Part shown: piece after piece, positions 20,353-29,578 of the stretch
How the letters are laid out: every line of letters begins with the position of its first letter
Numbering within the stretch: the stretch's first letter is position 1
Source: Dehalococcoidia bacterium
GTDB lineage: Bacteria; Chloroflexota; Dehalococcoidia; Bin125
Reading direction: 5' to 3'
NCBI GenBank assembly: GCA_965203165.1
Contig: OZ241849.1
Span: 2,093,786-2,157,785 of the forward strand
Length of the DNA: 64,000 nt
The notes under the pieces: generated by a model
Told to the model about the DNA's origin: nothing
Databases searched by the model: none
Seen by the model: only the letters and a program-made list of their open reading frames with translations
Translations under genes and position numbers: made by a program

Positions 20353-21046
20353 GCTGTCCGATGCCCAAAAACCGCGCTTCGGCGGCTTCTCCGCAGCCGC
20401 GCCAGCTATCCCGATTCCGACGGCGCTGCTGCACGAAATCGCGCCGCAGATGACTGATCCGGCGGAGCTGCTGACGACGCTCTACGCAGTGGCGGCGCTC
20501 CAGCGCGTGCGGCGTTTTCCTCGCCTGCTGTCGGTCGCGGATCTGCGCGCAGAGCGGGCGCTGGTGGATGCGCTCGGCTCGATGGTCCCGGAGCGCAGCG
20601 TGGACCAAGCGCTGGAGGACGGTCTGGCCGCCGCGGCGGCGCGGGGCACGCTGCTCCGCTCGGCCGCGCCGCAGGACTGGATTGCGCTGAACAGCGCCGA
20701 TGGGCGGCGGGCGATGGCGCATTGGGCGCATCGGCCGGCGCCCCCGTCGACGCCGGCGCCGGCCCCGCGTGGCGAGCCGATCATCGCGCTCTACGAGGAC
20801 GCGATCGGGCCGCTGCCGCCCTCGCTGGCCGCAGAACTGCATGAGGTGGCTGCGGCCTACCCGCCGAACTGGATCGCCGATGCGTTTGCGGAGGCGGTGG
20901 AGATGAATGTCCGCAACTGGCGCTACGTGCGCAGCATTCTGCAGCGATGGCAGCAAGAGGGGCGTGAGTATGCGTCGGATCGATCAACTGATGGGCGATC
21001 CGGGCGATCCGGACCATCCCGCTATGACCACCTCATCCAGCGTTGA
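20346..21046 (+). CDS. DnaD-like replication initiation/primosome protein (DDBH2 C-terminal domain)
   Basis: The C-terminal YPPNWIADAFAEAVEMNVRNWRYVRSILQRW matches the DnaD/DnaB(Bsu) DDBH2 pattern (Y...I...W, NW.YV..IL..W). Its ATG sits inside the dnaB stop context (ATGGCTGA). Confidence 0.7.
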
Positions 21047-22367
21047 GCGCGGCCGCGAGCGGTTCTGGCGTCCGGCGGGGCCCGACGCCGAATGCCCGCG
21101 GTGCGGCGGGACGGGCTATGTGCGGCGGCGAGTGCCCGTGGGCCACGAGCTGTTCGGCCGCGCGACGCCCTGCGAGTGCGCGGAGCGGCTGGCCGCGCAG
21201 CGGCTGGCCGCGCAGCTGCAACGGCTGAGCAACCTCGGCCCTCTGACCGAACTGCGCCTGCCGACGGAGGAAATCGAGCAGTCGGACGACTTGGCGGCGG
21301 CCTGCGAGTTCGCCGACGAGACGGCGGTTGAGCGCTGGTTGGTGGTGGTCGGCAAGCCCAACTCGGGGCGCACGCAGCTGGCGGCGGAATTGGCCAATCG
21401 ACGGCTGGAGCGAGGGCGCTCGGCGCTTTATTTCGTGGCCGCTGACCTACTCGACCGGCTGCGCGCGGCCTATCGGCAGGATGCGGAGCTGGCCTATCCG
21501 GTGCTGTTCGAGCATGCGCGAGAGGCGGAGTTCCTGGTCATCGACGATGTGGACATGGCCAATCCAACCGAGTGGGCGCGGGAAAAGCTGTTTCAGCTGC
21601 TCAATCACCGGCGCAACGCAGGGCTGCGGACCGTGCTGATCGCCGGCGAGCATATGAATAACGGTCTCGACCTCGCCCGCTGGCTGTCGGTGGGGCCGGG
21701 CGCGCTGCGGATCGCGCTGGGCGCGGGGCGGGCGGTCCGCTACCGGCAAGTGGGCGAGCTGCGGCGCGAGCTGCTGGCGCGCTACACGTTCGACAACTTC
21801 CGCGTGCATTCCGGGGACGGCCCGCCGCCGGACTCTTTGAACCTCAAGCTGGTCAAGTGCATCGTGGAAGACTGGGCAGCCGAGCCGCGCGGCTCGCTGA
21901 CGCTGATCGGCGGCACCGGCACCGGCAAGACGCACCTCGCGGCCGCCGCGGCGAATGCCGCGCTGGAGCGCGGCGAGAGTGTGTGGTTCGCGGTCGTGCC
22001 CGACCTGCTCGACATGCTGCGGCGCACCTACCAGGCGGATGCGGAGCAGAGCTACGACGAGCTGTCCGCGTCGCTGCGCGACGCGGGTTTGCTGGTGCTG
22101 GACGATTTCGGCGCACACTCGCCGACAGCCTGGGCAGAAGAGAAGCTCTACCAACTCTGCGCGGCGCGGTATGTGGCGGAGCGCCCGACGATGTTCACGA
22201 CCAACCTGCAACCAGACAACCTTGATGCGCGGATCGCATCGCGGCTGTCGGACAAGGAGACCGGGAAGCTGTTGGAGATCAAAGCGCCGGATTACCGCAC
22301 CGGTCTGCGCCCGCAGCCGACCGGGGATTCGCCGCGCGGCCGCCGCCGCAACGGCGGGCGCGCGTAG
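21024..22367 (+). CDS. DnaC/DnaI-like helicase loader with two tandem AAA+ modules and an N-terminal Cys4 zinc-binding region
   Basis: CPRCGG...CEC; module 1 VVVGKPNSGRT ... FLVIDDVD; module 2 LIGGTGTGKTHLA ... LLVLDDFG ... TTNL. The start is uncertain (ATG 21024 or 20970). It overlaps the upstream stop. Confidence 0.75.
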   Translation: MTTSSSVERGRERFWRPAGPDAECPRCGGTGYVRRRVPVGHELFGRATPCECAERLAAQRLAAQLQRLSNLGPLTELRLPTEEIEQSDDLAAACEFADETAVERWLVVVGKPNSGRTQLAAELANRRLERGRSALYFVAADLLDRLRAAYRQDAELAYPVLFEHAREAEFLVIDDVDMANPTEWAREKLFQLLNHRRNAGLRTVLIAGEHMNNGLDLARWLSVGPGALRIALGAGRAVRYRQVGELRRELLARYTFDNFRVHSGDGPPPDSLNLKLVKCIVEDWAAEPRGSLTLIGGTGTGKTHLAAAAANAALERGESVWFAVVPDLLDMLRRTYQADAEQSYDELSASLRDAGLLVLDDFGAHSPTAWAEEKLYQLCAARYVAERPTMFTTNLQPDNLDARIASRLSDKETGKLLEIKAPDYRTGLRPQPTGDSPRGRRRNGGRA

Positions 22368-22385
22368 AGCTTCCGAGGGCGGCAT

Positions 22386-23087
22386 TCAGAGCGGATCGGC
22401 CAGCTCGACGGTCGGAGCAAGACTCCCCTCAATCCACTCCTCCCCGTCCGACCACACCTCTTTCTTCCAAATCGGCACCACCGCCTTCAGCCGATCAATC
22501 CCGTAGCGGCACGCATCAGTCGCCTCCGCCCGATGCGCCGAAGAAACAGCCACCCCCACACTCGCCTCCCCGATCTCCAAACGCCCCACGCGGTGCTGCA
22601 TCGCGATCTCCACAACATCCCACCGCTCCCGGATCTCATCCGCAATCCGCCGCATAATCCGCGCCGCCATCTCCGGGTAGGCGTCGTATTCGAGGTAATC
22701 AACCTCGCGCCCCAGGTTGTTGTCGCGCACCACGCCGAGAAAGACGGCCACCGCGCCCGCTTCGGGCCGCAGCACCAGCTCATGCAGCGCATCGGCGCTG
22801 ATCCGCTCCTCCACGATCCGAAAGCGCGCGTCTCCCTCCTCACCGCCGCTCACGGGCGGAATCAGCGCGATCTGGTCGCGGCTGGTGACGACGTAATCGG
22901 CCGGCACATATTCGGCGTTGACCGCGTACATCACGGAGTCCCGCATCGCCGCGGCCTGCGGGAAGCGATCGAAGAGCGCCTCCCCAACCGCCCCGGCCGT
23001 GGCCGGTTCCGGCAACCCGCTGAGCGTCAGTTCGCGCGCCCCCACGGTCTCGGCGAGCGATGCGAAGAGCCGTACGCTGATCTGCAT
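22386..23087 (-). CDS. molybdopterin synthase MoaD-MoaE fusion protein
   Basis: The N-terminal ~83 aa form a ThiS/MoaD fold ending ...IALIPPVSGG. The MoaE domain follows (FLGVVRD...YEAY..MA...EIAMQHRVGRLEIGE.SV..AVSSAHR..A). Confidence 0.85.
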   Translation of the reverse strand: MQISVRLFASLAETVGARELTLSGLPEPATAGAVGEALFDRFPQAAAMRDSVMYAVNAEYVPADYVVTSRDQIALIPPVSGGEEGDARFRIVEERISADALHELVLRPEAGAVAVFLGVVRDNNLGREVDYLEYDAYPEMAARIMRRIADEIRERWDVVEIAMQHRVGRLEIGEASVGVAVSSAHRAEATDACRYGIDRLKAVVPIWKKEVWSDGEEWIEGSLAPTVELADPL

Positions 23088-23817
23088 GTCGGCAGTCTAC
23101 CGAGTGCGGCGCTGGGGTTCGCGGCTCGCCCGCGCGGGCTCGCTGGCGCTCGACCTGACCCTGCCCCCGACCTGCGCCTCGTGCGGCGCCGTGGGTCAAA
23201 TCCTCTGCGAGCGCTGCCGCGCGCGGCTGGAGCGCGCCGAAGGGCCGCGCTGCCCGCGCTGCTGGCTGCGCGCCGAGGGCGTCTGCCGCGCCTGCATGGA
23301 GCGCCCGCCCGCCCTGCGCCAGCTGCGCGCGCCCTTTCGCTACGACGGCGTGGCGCGTCAACTGGTGCTCACCCTCAAGTACTCCGGCGTGCGCCGCGCC
23401 GCCGCGCCGCTCGTCGAAGAAGCGCACGGCCCGCTGGTGCGCCGCGACATCGAACTGATCGCGCCCATTCCCATGACCGGCTGGCGACGCCGCACGCGGG
23501 GCGGAAACCACGCCGCGCACCTGGCCGCCGCGCTCGCTGCGCAGCACGGAATCAAGCTGGACGACACGCTGCTCGCCCGCCGCGGCCGGCGCTCCAAACA
23601 GCAAGCCCGCATGTCCGACATCCGCCAGCGGCGCGCCAATATGCAGGACGCGTTTCACGTCGTCGATCCGCAGCGCGTGCAGGGCCGCGCGGTGCTGCTG
23701 GTCGACGACGTAGCCACGACGATGGCGACGCTCGAATCGGCCGCCGCGGCGCTGCTCGCGGCCGGCGCGGCAACGGTCGACGGCTGGGCCGCGACGCGCG
23801 AGGACCTGCGTGACTGA
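23086..23817 (+). CDS. comF: ComF-family protein (ComFC-like, phosphoribosyltransferase domain with N-terminal Cys-rich region)
   Basis: CASCG...C.RC...C.RC then the PRTase motif VLLVDDVATTMATL. Its ATG overlaps the divergent moaDE start by 2 nt. Confidence 0.8.
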   Translation: MSAVYRVRRWGSRLARAGSLALDLTLPPTCASCGAVGQILCERCRARLERAEGPRCPRCWLRAEGVCRACMERPPALRQLRAPFRYDGVARQLVLTLKYSGVRRAAAPLVEEAHGPLVRRDIELIAPIPMTGWRRRTRGGNHAAHLAAALAAQHGIKLDDTLLARRGRRSKQQARMSDIRQRRANMQDAFHVVDPQRVQGRAVLLVDDVATTMATLESAAAALLAAGAATVDGWAATREDLRD

Positions 23818-24931
23818 GGCAAAATTCCTGCTCTGCCTGCGCCCCGCCCCCGCCGCGTCGGAGGCCGAGCAAATGCTGGAAGAAGCGCGCGCCGCCGTAC
23901 TGCTCGACACCGCCGCCTGCGCTCAGGCGGCCGGCTTCGGCAAAATCGAAATCCACACCACCGCGCCTGAGCTGTTCGCGCAGGCCGGAGCTGTCGTGCG
24001 CCGGACGGACCCTCGCGCATCAATCGGCGCGGTGGTCGCAGCCGCCGCCGGCGCAGGCCCGCTCTGCTACGCCGGCGCGGGAATGCCGGCGATGACCACC
24101 AACGACTGGCGCAGCCTGCGCGAGCGGATCGAGGCCGGCCAGTCGCTCGCCAACAACATCCACTCCTGCGATCTGCTCGCCCTCGCCGACCCCGCGCCGC
24201 TCGCCGCGCTGGCCGGCGAAACAAGCGACAACGCCTTCGCCCGCCGCCTGCGCGACGACCTGGGGCTGGAAATCGCGCAGCTGGAGCGCTCCGCGGCGAC
24301 CCTGCTCGACCTCGACACGCCGACCGATCTCGCCCTGCTCGACCTGGCCCAGGAAAACGGCGTGCTCGAGCTCGGCCCGCGCCTCTCCGAGGCGCTGCAA
24401 CGCTGGACCGCGCGCCTCGCGCCCTGCCGCGAGCGACTCGCCGCGGCGCTCGACGCGCTCACCGAGCGCGAGCGGCAGGTCATGGCAATCGGCCGCGTCA
24501 GCGCCGCGATCTGGTCCGCGCTCGACCGCGACACCGCAGCGCGAATCCGGGTGATCTCCGAAGAGCGCGGCCTGCGCAGTCGCGCCGCTACGGCGGCACC
24601 CCCTCGCTCGCTGCTCGGATTGCACGGCGAGGCCGTAGGCGCAGCCGCGCTGATCGCCGGCCTGGCCGAACTCGCCGACGCAGTGATCTTCGACGCCCGC
24701 CCGCTGCTCGCCCACCTCGGCTGGGGCCGATCGCGCGCCGATCGCTTCGCCGCCGACCTGGGCGAAGCAGCCGCGATCGCAGAGCCGCCCCTGCGCGAAC
24801 TCGTCGAGGCCGTCGCCGCCGCTCCGATCCCGATCGCGCTGGGCGGCCACTCGCTCGTCTCGGGCGGCTTGCTGGCCGGCATCGACATCGCCTGGACGCG
24901 CCGCGAACAGCGCGATCTGTGCAAGCGATAA
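23810..24931 (+). CDS. hypothetical protein (possible MobA/CofC-like nucleotidyltransferase fold: LDLDTPTDL motif)
   Basis: High GC3 coding signal; 373 aa. The D-x-D-T-P-x-D-L motif resembles the C-terminal signature of MobA/CofC-type NTP transferases. No other motif recognised. Confidence 0.5.
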   Translation: MTEAKFLLCLRPAPAASEAEQMLEEARAAVLLDTAACAQAAGFGKIEIHTTAPELFAQAGAVVRRTDPRASIGAVVAAAAGAGPLCYAGAGMPAMTTNDWRSLRERIEAGQSLANNIHSCDLLALADPAPLAALAGETSDNAFARRLRDDLGLEIAQLERSAATLLDLDTPTDLALLDLAQENGVLELGPRLSEALQRWTARLAPCRERLAAALDALTERERQVMAIGRVSAAIWSALDRDTAARIRVISEERGLRSRAATAAPPRSLLGLHGEAVGAAALIAGLAELADAVIFDARPLLAHLGWGRSRADRFAADLGEAAAIAEPPLRELVEAVAAAPIPIALGGHSLVSGGLLAGIDIAWTRREQRDLCKR

Positions 24932-25065
24932 AGAGAACCGCGTTGACCGTCGCGCAATGCCGTGCGTAAGCTAACCAGACGCCCACCCACCGTTCGCGCG
25001 CTGCCCGGGCGGCAGCGGCCTGTGGCACCACCGCAGGCCTCCACGACGCGAAGGACGCCCCACGT

Positions 25066-26337
25066 ATGACCCTGACCCTCTCTGCTCGCGCGATCGGCGA
25101 CGCCGACCCCGAAATCGCCGACGCAATCGAGCGTGAAGCCCGCCGACAGCACGACGGCCTCGAACTGATCGCCTCCGAAAACTACCCCAGCGAGCCCGTG
25201 CTCGCCGCCATGGGCTCGATCCTCACCAACAAGTACGCCGAGGGCTACCCCGGCCGCCGCTACTACGGCGGCTGCGAGTTCGTCGACGTCGTCGAAACCC
25301 TGGCAATCGACCGCGCCAAGTCTCTCTTCGGCGCGCAGCACGCCAACGTCCAGCCACACTCCGGCTCCCAGGCCAACATCGCCGCCTACTACGCCCTGCT
25401 CGAACCGGGCGACACCGCCATGGGCCTCGAGCTCAACCACGGCGGGCACCTCTCGCACGGACTCTCCGTCAACATTTCCGGCCGCTGGTTCCAGTTCGTC
25501 TCCTACGGCGTGGACCGCGAGACCGAGCGAATCGACTACGACGCAATGGCCGCGGCCGCGCGCGAGCACCGCCCGAAAGTGATCGTGGTCGGCGCGACCG
25601 CCTACCCCCGCCACTACGACTTCCCCCGCGCCGCCGAAATCGCCGAGGACGTCGGCGCAACCCTGATGGTCGACATGGCCCACTTCGCCGGCCTCGTGGC
25701 GGGCGGCGTCCACCCTTCTCCAGTGCCCTACGCCCCGGTCGTCACCACCACGACGCACAAGACGCTGCGCGGCCCCCGCTCCGCGCTGATCCTGACCAAC
25801 GAAGAGCTGGCGCGCGAGATCGACCGCGCCGTCTTCCCGGGCACCTCCGGCGGCCCCCACATGCACACCATCGCGGCCAAAGCCGTCGCCCTGCGCGAGG
25901 CCGCGGCGCCCGAGTTCCAGGCCTATTCCGCCCAGATCGTCGCCAACGCCAAAGCCCTTGCCGAAGGCCTCCAGCTGGAGGGCCTGCGGCTCGTCTCCGG
26001 CGGCACCGACAACCACCTCGTGCTGGTCGACGTGGGCGTCAAAGGTCTGACCGGCAAAGCCGCCGAAGCCGCGCTCGACGCCGCCGGCATCACCGCCAAC
26101 AAGAACACGATCCCTTACGACGAGCAGCGCCCGACGGTGACCAGCGGCGTGCGAATCGGCACCCCGGCGCTCACCACGCGAGGCATGCGCGAGCCGGAGA
26201 TGGCCGCGGTCGCGCGGCTGATTGGCCGCGTGCTCGACGCGATCGACGACGAATCCGTGCGTGCGGCAGTGCGCGGCGATGTGCGGGAGCTGGCCGCGGC
26301 CTTCCCCATCCCGGGAATCGCCGCGGCGGACGCATAA
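25066..26337 (+). CDS. glyA: serine hydroxymethyltransferase
   Basis: [24 protein letters not shown], and the PLP-lysine motif [12 protein letters not shown]. Confidence 0.97.
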   Translation: MTLTLSARAIGDADPEIADAIEREARRQHDGLELIASENYPSEPVLAAMGSILTNKYAEGYPGRRYYGGCEFVDVVETLAIDRAKSLFGAQHANVQPHSGSQANIAAYYALLEPGDTAMGLELNHGGHLSHGLSVNISGRWFQFVSYGVDRETERIDYDAMAAAAREHRPKVIVVGATAYPRHYDFPRAAEIAEDVGATLMVDMAHFAGLVAGGVHPSPVPYAPVVTTTTHKTLRGPRSALILTNEELAREIDRAVFPGTSGGPHMHTIAAKAVALREAAAPEFQAYSAQIVANAKALAEGLQLEGLRLVSGGTDNHLVLVDVGVKGLTGKAAEAALDAAGITANKNTIPYDEQRPTVTSGVRIGTPALTTRGMREPEMAAVARLIGRVLDAIDDESVRAAVRGDVRELAAAFPIPGIAAADA

Positions 26338-26374
26338 ACGAACCCAAACGAGCAGAGGGCAAGCAGGAGGCGGC

Positions 26375-26668
26375 ATGGCGCGCGAATACGAAATCATGGT
26401 GGTGCTGCACCCCGATGTGGCGGGCGAGCTGGTCGACCAGCGAATCGCCCAGCTGCGCGATCTGCTCAGCGAGCACGGCAACTCCGTGTCCGAGATAATC
26501 GATTGGGGCCGCCGCCGCCTGGCCTACCCCATCGAGCAGGCCTTCGAGGGCCACTACCTCATCGCCCACTACTCCTCCGCAACCGGTGCCGGACAGATCG
26601 CCCTCGAGCGCGCGCTCGCAATCGACGATCAGGTGCTGCGCCACCTCATCGTGCGCCGCGACGATTAG
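26375..26668 (+). CDS. rpsF: 30S ribosomal protein S6
   Basis: MAREYEIMVVLHPDV.. with RBS AGGAGG. 97 aa. Confidence 0.9.
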   Translation: MAREYEIMVVLHPDVAGELVDQRIAQLRDLLSEHGNSVSEIIDWGRRRLAYPIEQAFEGHYLIAHYSSATGAGQIALERALAIDDQVLRHLIVRRDD

Positions 26669-26712
26669 CTAGGATCGCCTCAATGTACGCGCGAGGGAGC
26701 TGGAGCTGAGCC

Positions 26713-27162
26713 GTGGCGAGCCTGAACAAAGTCCAAATCATCGGCAATCTGGGCGGGGATCCGGAGATGCGGTTCACCGCCAACGGGCGCTCCGTCGCCA
26801 ACTTCAATGTCGCCTGTAGCCGTCGCTACACGACGCGCGATGGGGAGCAGCGCGACGACACCGAGTGGGTGCGCGTGGTCTGCTGGGAGCGGCTCGCCGA
26901 GTTGGCTGGCCAATATCTGAGCAAGGGGCGTCAGGTCTACGTTGAAGGTCGCCTACAGACGCGCGAGTGGGAAGACCGCGACGGCAACCGACGCTGGACG
27001 ACCGAAGTGGTCGCCAACGACATTCAGTTTCTCAGCGGGCGCGGCGGCGGGGGAGACGACGATTGGGGCGGCGGCGGTCGCAGTGGTGGGGGCGGCGGAG
27101 GCTATGAGCGCGGCGGCCCGCCGCCGGCCGGCATGGACGCCGACGACCTGCCCTTCGAGTAA
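26713..27162 (+). CDS. ssb: single-stranded DNA-binding protein
   Basis: [14 protein letters not shown]...G..VA.F..A, Gly-rich linker, acidic C-terminal tip DDLPFE (from window numbering this starts at a GTG). Confidence 0.95.
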   Translation: MASLNKVQIIGNLGGDPEMRFTANGRSVANFNVACSRRYTTRDGEQRDDTEWVRVVCWERLAELAGQYLSKGRQVYVEGRLQTREWEDRDGNRRWTTEVVANDIQFLSGRGGGGDDDWGGGGRSGGGGGGYERGGPPPAGMDADDLPFE

Positions 27163-27218
27163 GACGCAACGGCCGACTGCGCAGTCGGCTCTACAGCAGT
27201 GAATCCGAGGAGGACGCG

Positions 27219-28244
27219 ATGACGACAGAACCAGAAGCACCGGCGCCCGCTGCCGAAACGGCTGAAACGGCTGTCGAGCCGCAGCCGACTGAGCAGCCTC
27301 CGGCCGCTGCGGTTCCCGCCGTTGAGCCGGAGCCGGCCGCGCCGGTGCCAGCGCCGCAGCGGGTGACGCCCGGACCCACGACATCCGCCGGGGAGCGTGG
27401 ACCGCAAGTAGTTGAGCGTGCGCGGCGGCGCACGCGGCGGCGGCGCGCGCCGGTCTTTACGCCCCGCGAAGTCGAGAACATCGACTACAAGGACGTCGAC
27501 AAGCTGAAGAAGCTGATCTCCGATCGGGGCAAGATCGAGCCGCGCCGCAAGACGGGGCTCACGGCGAAAGATCAGAAGAAGCTGGCGCGGGAGATCAAGC
27601 GGGCGCGGTACATGGCGCTGCTGCCGTACACAGCGGATCACATGCGGCAGACGAGCCGCTACCGAATTGCGACGCGGGCGGCGGAGCGCGCCGCGCGCTA
27701 CGCAGAGGCGGAACCGCGCCCGGTTGAGGCTGCGCCTGCCGTTGCTGCACCGCCTGCGGACGCGCCCACCGCGGAAGCTGCCGCCGCTGCGCCGCCCGCC
27801 GCCGCTCCCGCGCCTGATGCCGCGCCCGAACCGGCGGCGGCTCCGGCCGAGCCTGTTGCGGAAGCCGCGCCGGCGGTGCCGGAGGCTGCCCCCGCAGCGG
27901 AAGCCGTACCTGCCGTTGCAGCGCCGCCTGCCGCTGCGCCCGAACCGGCGGCGGCTCCGGCCGAGCCTGTTGCGGAAGCCGCGCCGGCGGTGCCGGAGGC
28001 TGCCCCCGCAGCGGAAGCCGTACCTGCCGTTGCAGCGCCGCCTGCCGCTGCGCCCGAACCGGCGGCGGCTCCGGCCGAGCCTGTTGCGGAAGCCGCGCCG
28101 GCGGTGCCGGAGGCTGCCCCCGCAGCGGAAGCCGTACCTGCCGTTGCAGCACCGCCTGCCGCTGCGCCCGAGCTGGCGGCGGCTCCGGCCGAGCCTGTTG
28201 CGGAAGCCGCGCCGGCTGCGCAGCCGGACTCCGATCCGGCATGA
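27219..28244 (+). CDS. rpsR: 30S ribosomal protein S18 with long Pro/Ala-rich N- and C-terminal extensions (341 aa)
   Basis: Canonical S18 core [58 protein letters not shown] at aa 80-137. A single ORF with RBS GAGGAGG. The C-terminal 200 aa are encoded by 114-bp tandem repeats. ATGA overlap with hom. Confidence 0.75.
   Translation: MTTEPEAPAPAAETAETAVEPQPTEQPPAAAVPAVEPEPAAPVPAPQRVTPGPTTSAGERGPQVVERARRRTRRRRAPVFTPREVENIDYKDVDKLKKLISDRGKIEPRRKTGLTAKDQKKLAREIKRARYMALLPYTADHMRQTSRYRIATRAAERAARYAEAEPRPVEAAPAVAAPPADAPTAEAAAAAPPAAAPAPDAAPEPAAAPAEPVAEAAPAVPEAAPAAEAVPAVAAPPAAAPEPAAAPAEPVAEAAPAVPEAAPAAEAVPAVAAPPAAAPEPAAAPAEPVAEAAPAVPEAAPAAEAVPAVAAPPAAAPELAAAPAEPVAEAAPAAQPDSDPA
27822..28240 (+). repeat. 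tandem repeat, period 114 bp, about 3.7 near-identical copies, inside the rpsR coding region
   Basis: The unit GCGCCCGAACCGGCGGCGGCTCCGGCCGAGCCTGTTGCGGAAGCCGCGCCGGCGGTGCCGGAGGCTGCCCCCGCAGCGGAAGCCGTACCTGCCGTTGCAGCGCCGCCTGCCGCT recurs at 27822, 27936, 28050 and 28164 (partial). Confidence 0.9.
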
Positions 28245-29578
28245 GCGGGCGCGCCGATGTTGGCGTGGGCCTGCTCGGCCTCGGCGTCGTGGGCGGGCGC
28301 GTGTTCGACGAGCTGCGCCGCAACGGGGCGTCGTTCGCGCAGCGCGCTGGACGCAACCTCTCCGTCCGCGCCGTTGCAGTCCGCGATGTCGAGCGGCGGC
28401 GAGAGCAAATCGACGGCTGCGCGGCGCTGATCGACGATCCGCTCGCTGTCTGTACGCGCGGCGATGTGGATCTGGTGGTTGAGCTGATGGGCGGGGAACA
28501 ACCCGCAGCGGAGTGCATCGCGGCGGCGATCGGGGCCGGCAAATCGGTGGTCACTGCGAACAAGGAAGTGATGGCCAAGCACGGGCCGCGGCTGCTCGAT
28601 CTGGCCCGCGAGCGAGGCGTCGAGTTGCGCTACGAGGCGAGCGTGGGCGGCGGCATCCCGATCATTGGCGTGCTGCAACGCGAGTTGCGCGCCAATGAAG
28701 TGCGCTGCGTGCGCGCAATCATCAACGGCACGACCAACTACATGATCACGGAGATGTCGCAGCACGGCGCCTCGTATGAAGATGCCTTGGCGCAGGCGCA
28801 GGCGCAGGGCTACGCGGAGGCGGATCCGACCAACGATGTGGAAGGAATCGACGCGGCCTACAAGCTGGCGATCCTGGCGTCGCTGGCGTTTCACGCGCGG
28901 ATCGCGCCGGAGCAGGTGCACCGCGAGGGCATCCGCGCGCTCAGCGCGCGCGACTTCCGGCATGCCGCGAATTTGGGCTACACGATTCGGATGCTGGCGA
29001 CAGCGCGGCGCACGCCGCGCGGCATCGACCTGCGCGTCCACCCCACGCTGATTCCGACGCACGATCCGATGGCGCGGGTCGATGGCGTGCTGAACGCAGT
29101 GGCGGTCGAAGGCGATTTGCTGGGCACGGTGGTGCTCGAGGGCGAGGGCGCAGGGGCGGGGGCGACGGCCAGCGCGGTGCTCGCGGATGTGCTGGATGTC
29201 ATCGGCGCGGGTTCGGCAGGAGCGCCGCGCGCCCCGGCAGCGCAGGCGGGAACGGCGGCGCTGCTGCCGCTCGCGGAAGTCTGTCTGCCGACCTACCTCC
29301 GCCTGGCGGTGCCGGATCGCGCGGGGGTGCTCGCCGAATTGGGCCAGGCCTTTGCCGAGCAGGGGGTGAGCATCGCCTCTGTGCTGCAAACGCCGCGCCC
29401 GGACGCAGCAGAGAGCGAGCCGCCGGCGGCGGAACTGATCATCACGACCCACGCCGGACCGGACGACGCGATGGATCGGGTGCTGGCCTCGCTGGCAGAC
29501 TCCGACAGCGTGCTTGAGCTGGGCGTGCGGCTGCGGATCGAGGACGAGCGCGACGCAGGAATGGCGGGGGCGTGGTGA
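28241..29578 (+). CDS. hom: homoserine dehydrogenase
   Basis: [15 protein letters not shown]-binding motif, catalytic core, C-terminal ACT domain. Confidence 0.95.
   Translation: MSGRADVGVGLLGLGVVGGRVFDELRRNGASFAQRAGRNLSVRAVAVRDVERRREQIDGCAALIDDPLAVCTRGDVDLVVELMGGEQPAAECIAAAIGAGKSVVTANKEVMAKHGPRLLDLARERGVELRYEASVGGGIPIIGVLQRELRANEVRCVRAIINGTTNYMITEMSQHGASYEDALAQAQAQGYAEADPTNDVEGIDAAYKLAILASLAFHARIAPEQVHREGIRALSARDFRHAANLGYTIRMLATARRTPRGIDLRVHPTLIPTHDPMARVDGVLNAVAVEGDLLGTVVLEGEGAGAGATASAVLADVLDVIGAGSAGAPRAPAAQAGTAALLPLAEVCLPTYLRLAVPDRAGVLAELGQAFAEQGVSIASVLQTPRPDAAESEPPAAELIITTHAGPDDAMDRVLASLADSDSVLELGVRLRIEDERDAGMAGAW

Noticed and set aside
24932-25065. Possible ZTP (pfl) riboswitch upstream of glyA
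   Set aside because: glyA is a known ZTP-riboswitch target, and the spacer contains CCGGGCGG...GGCCUG-like strings. But I could not find the conserved 5' GGGUCGUGAC...UGGCG core, and the pairing is not convincing. A covariance-model scan (Rfam RF01750) would settle it.
27822-28240. CRISPR-like array (regular repeats)
   Set aside because: The 114-bp units are contiguous direct repeats with no spacers and lie inside an open reading frame (the rpsR tail). The 58.5-kb array is degenerate and also spacer-less. No cas genes were found.
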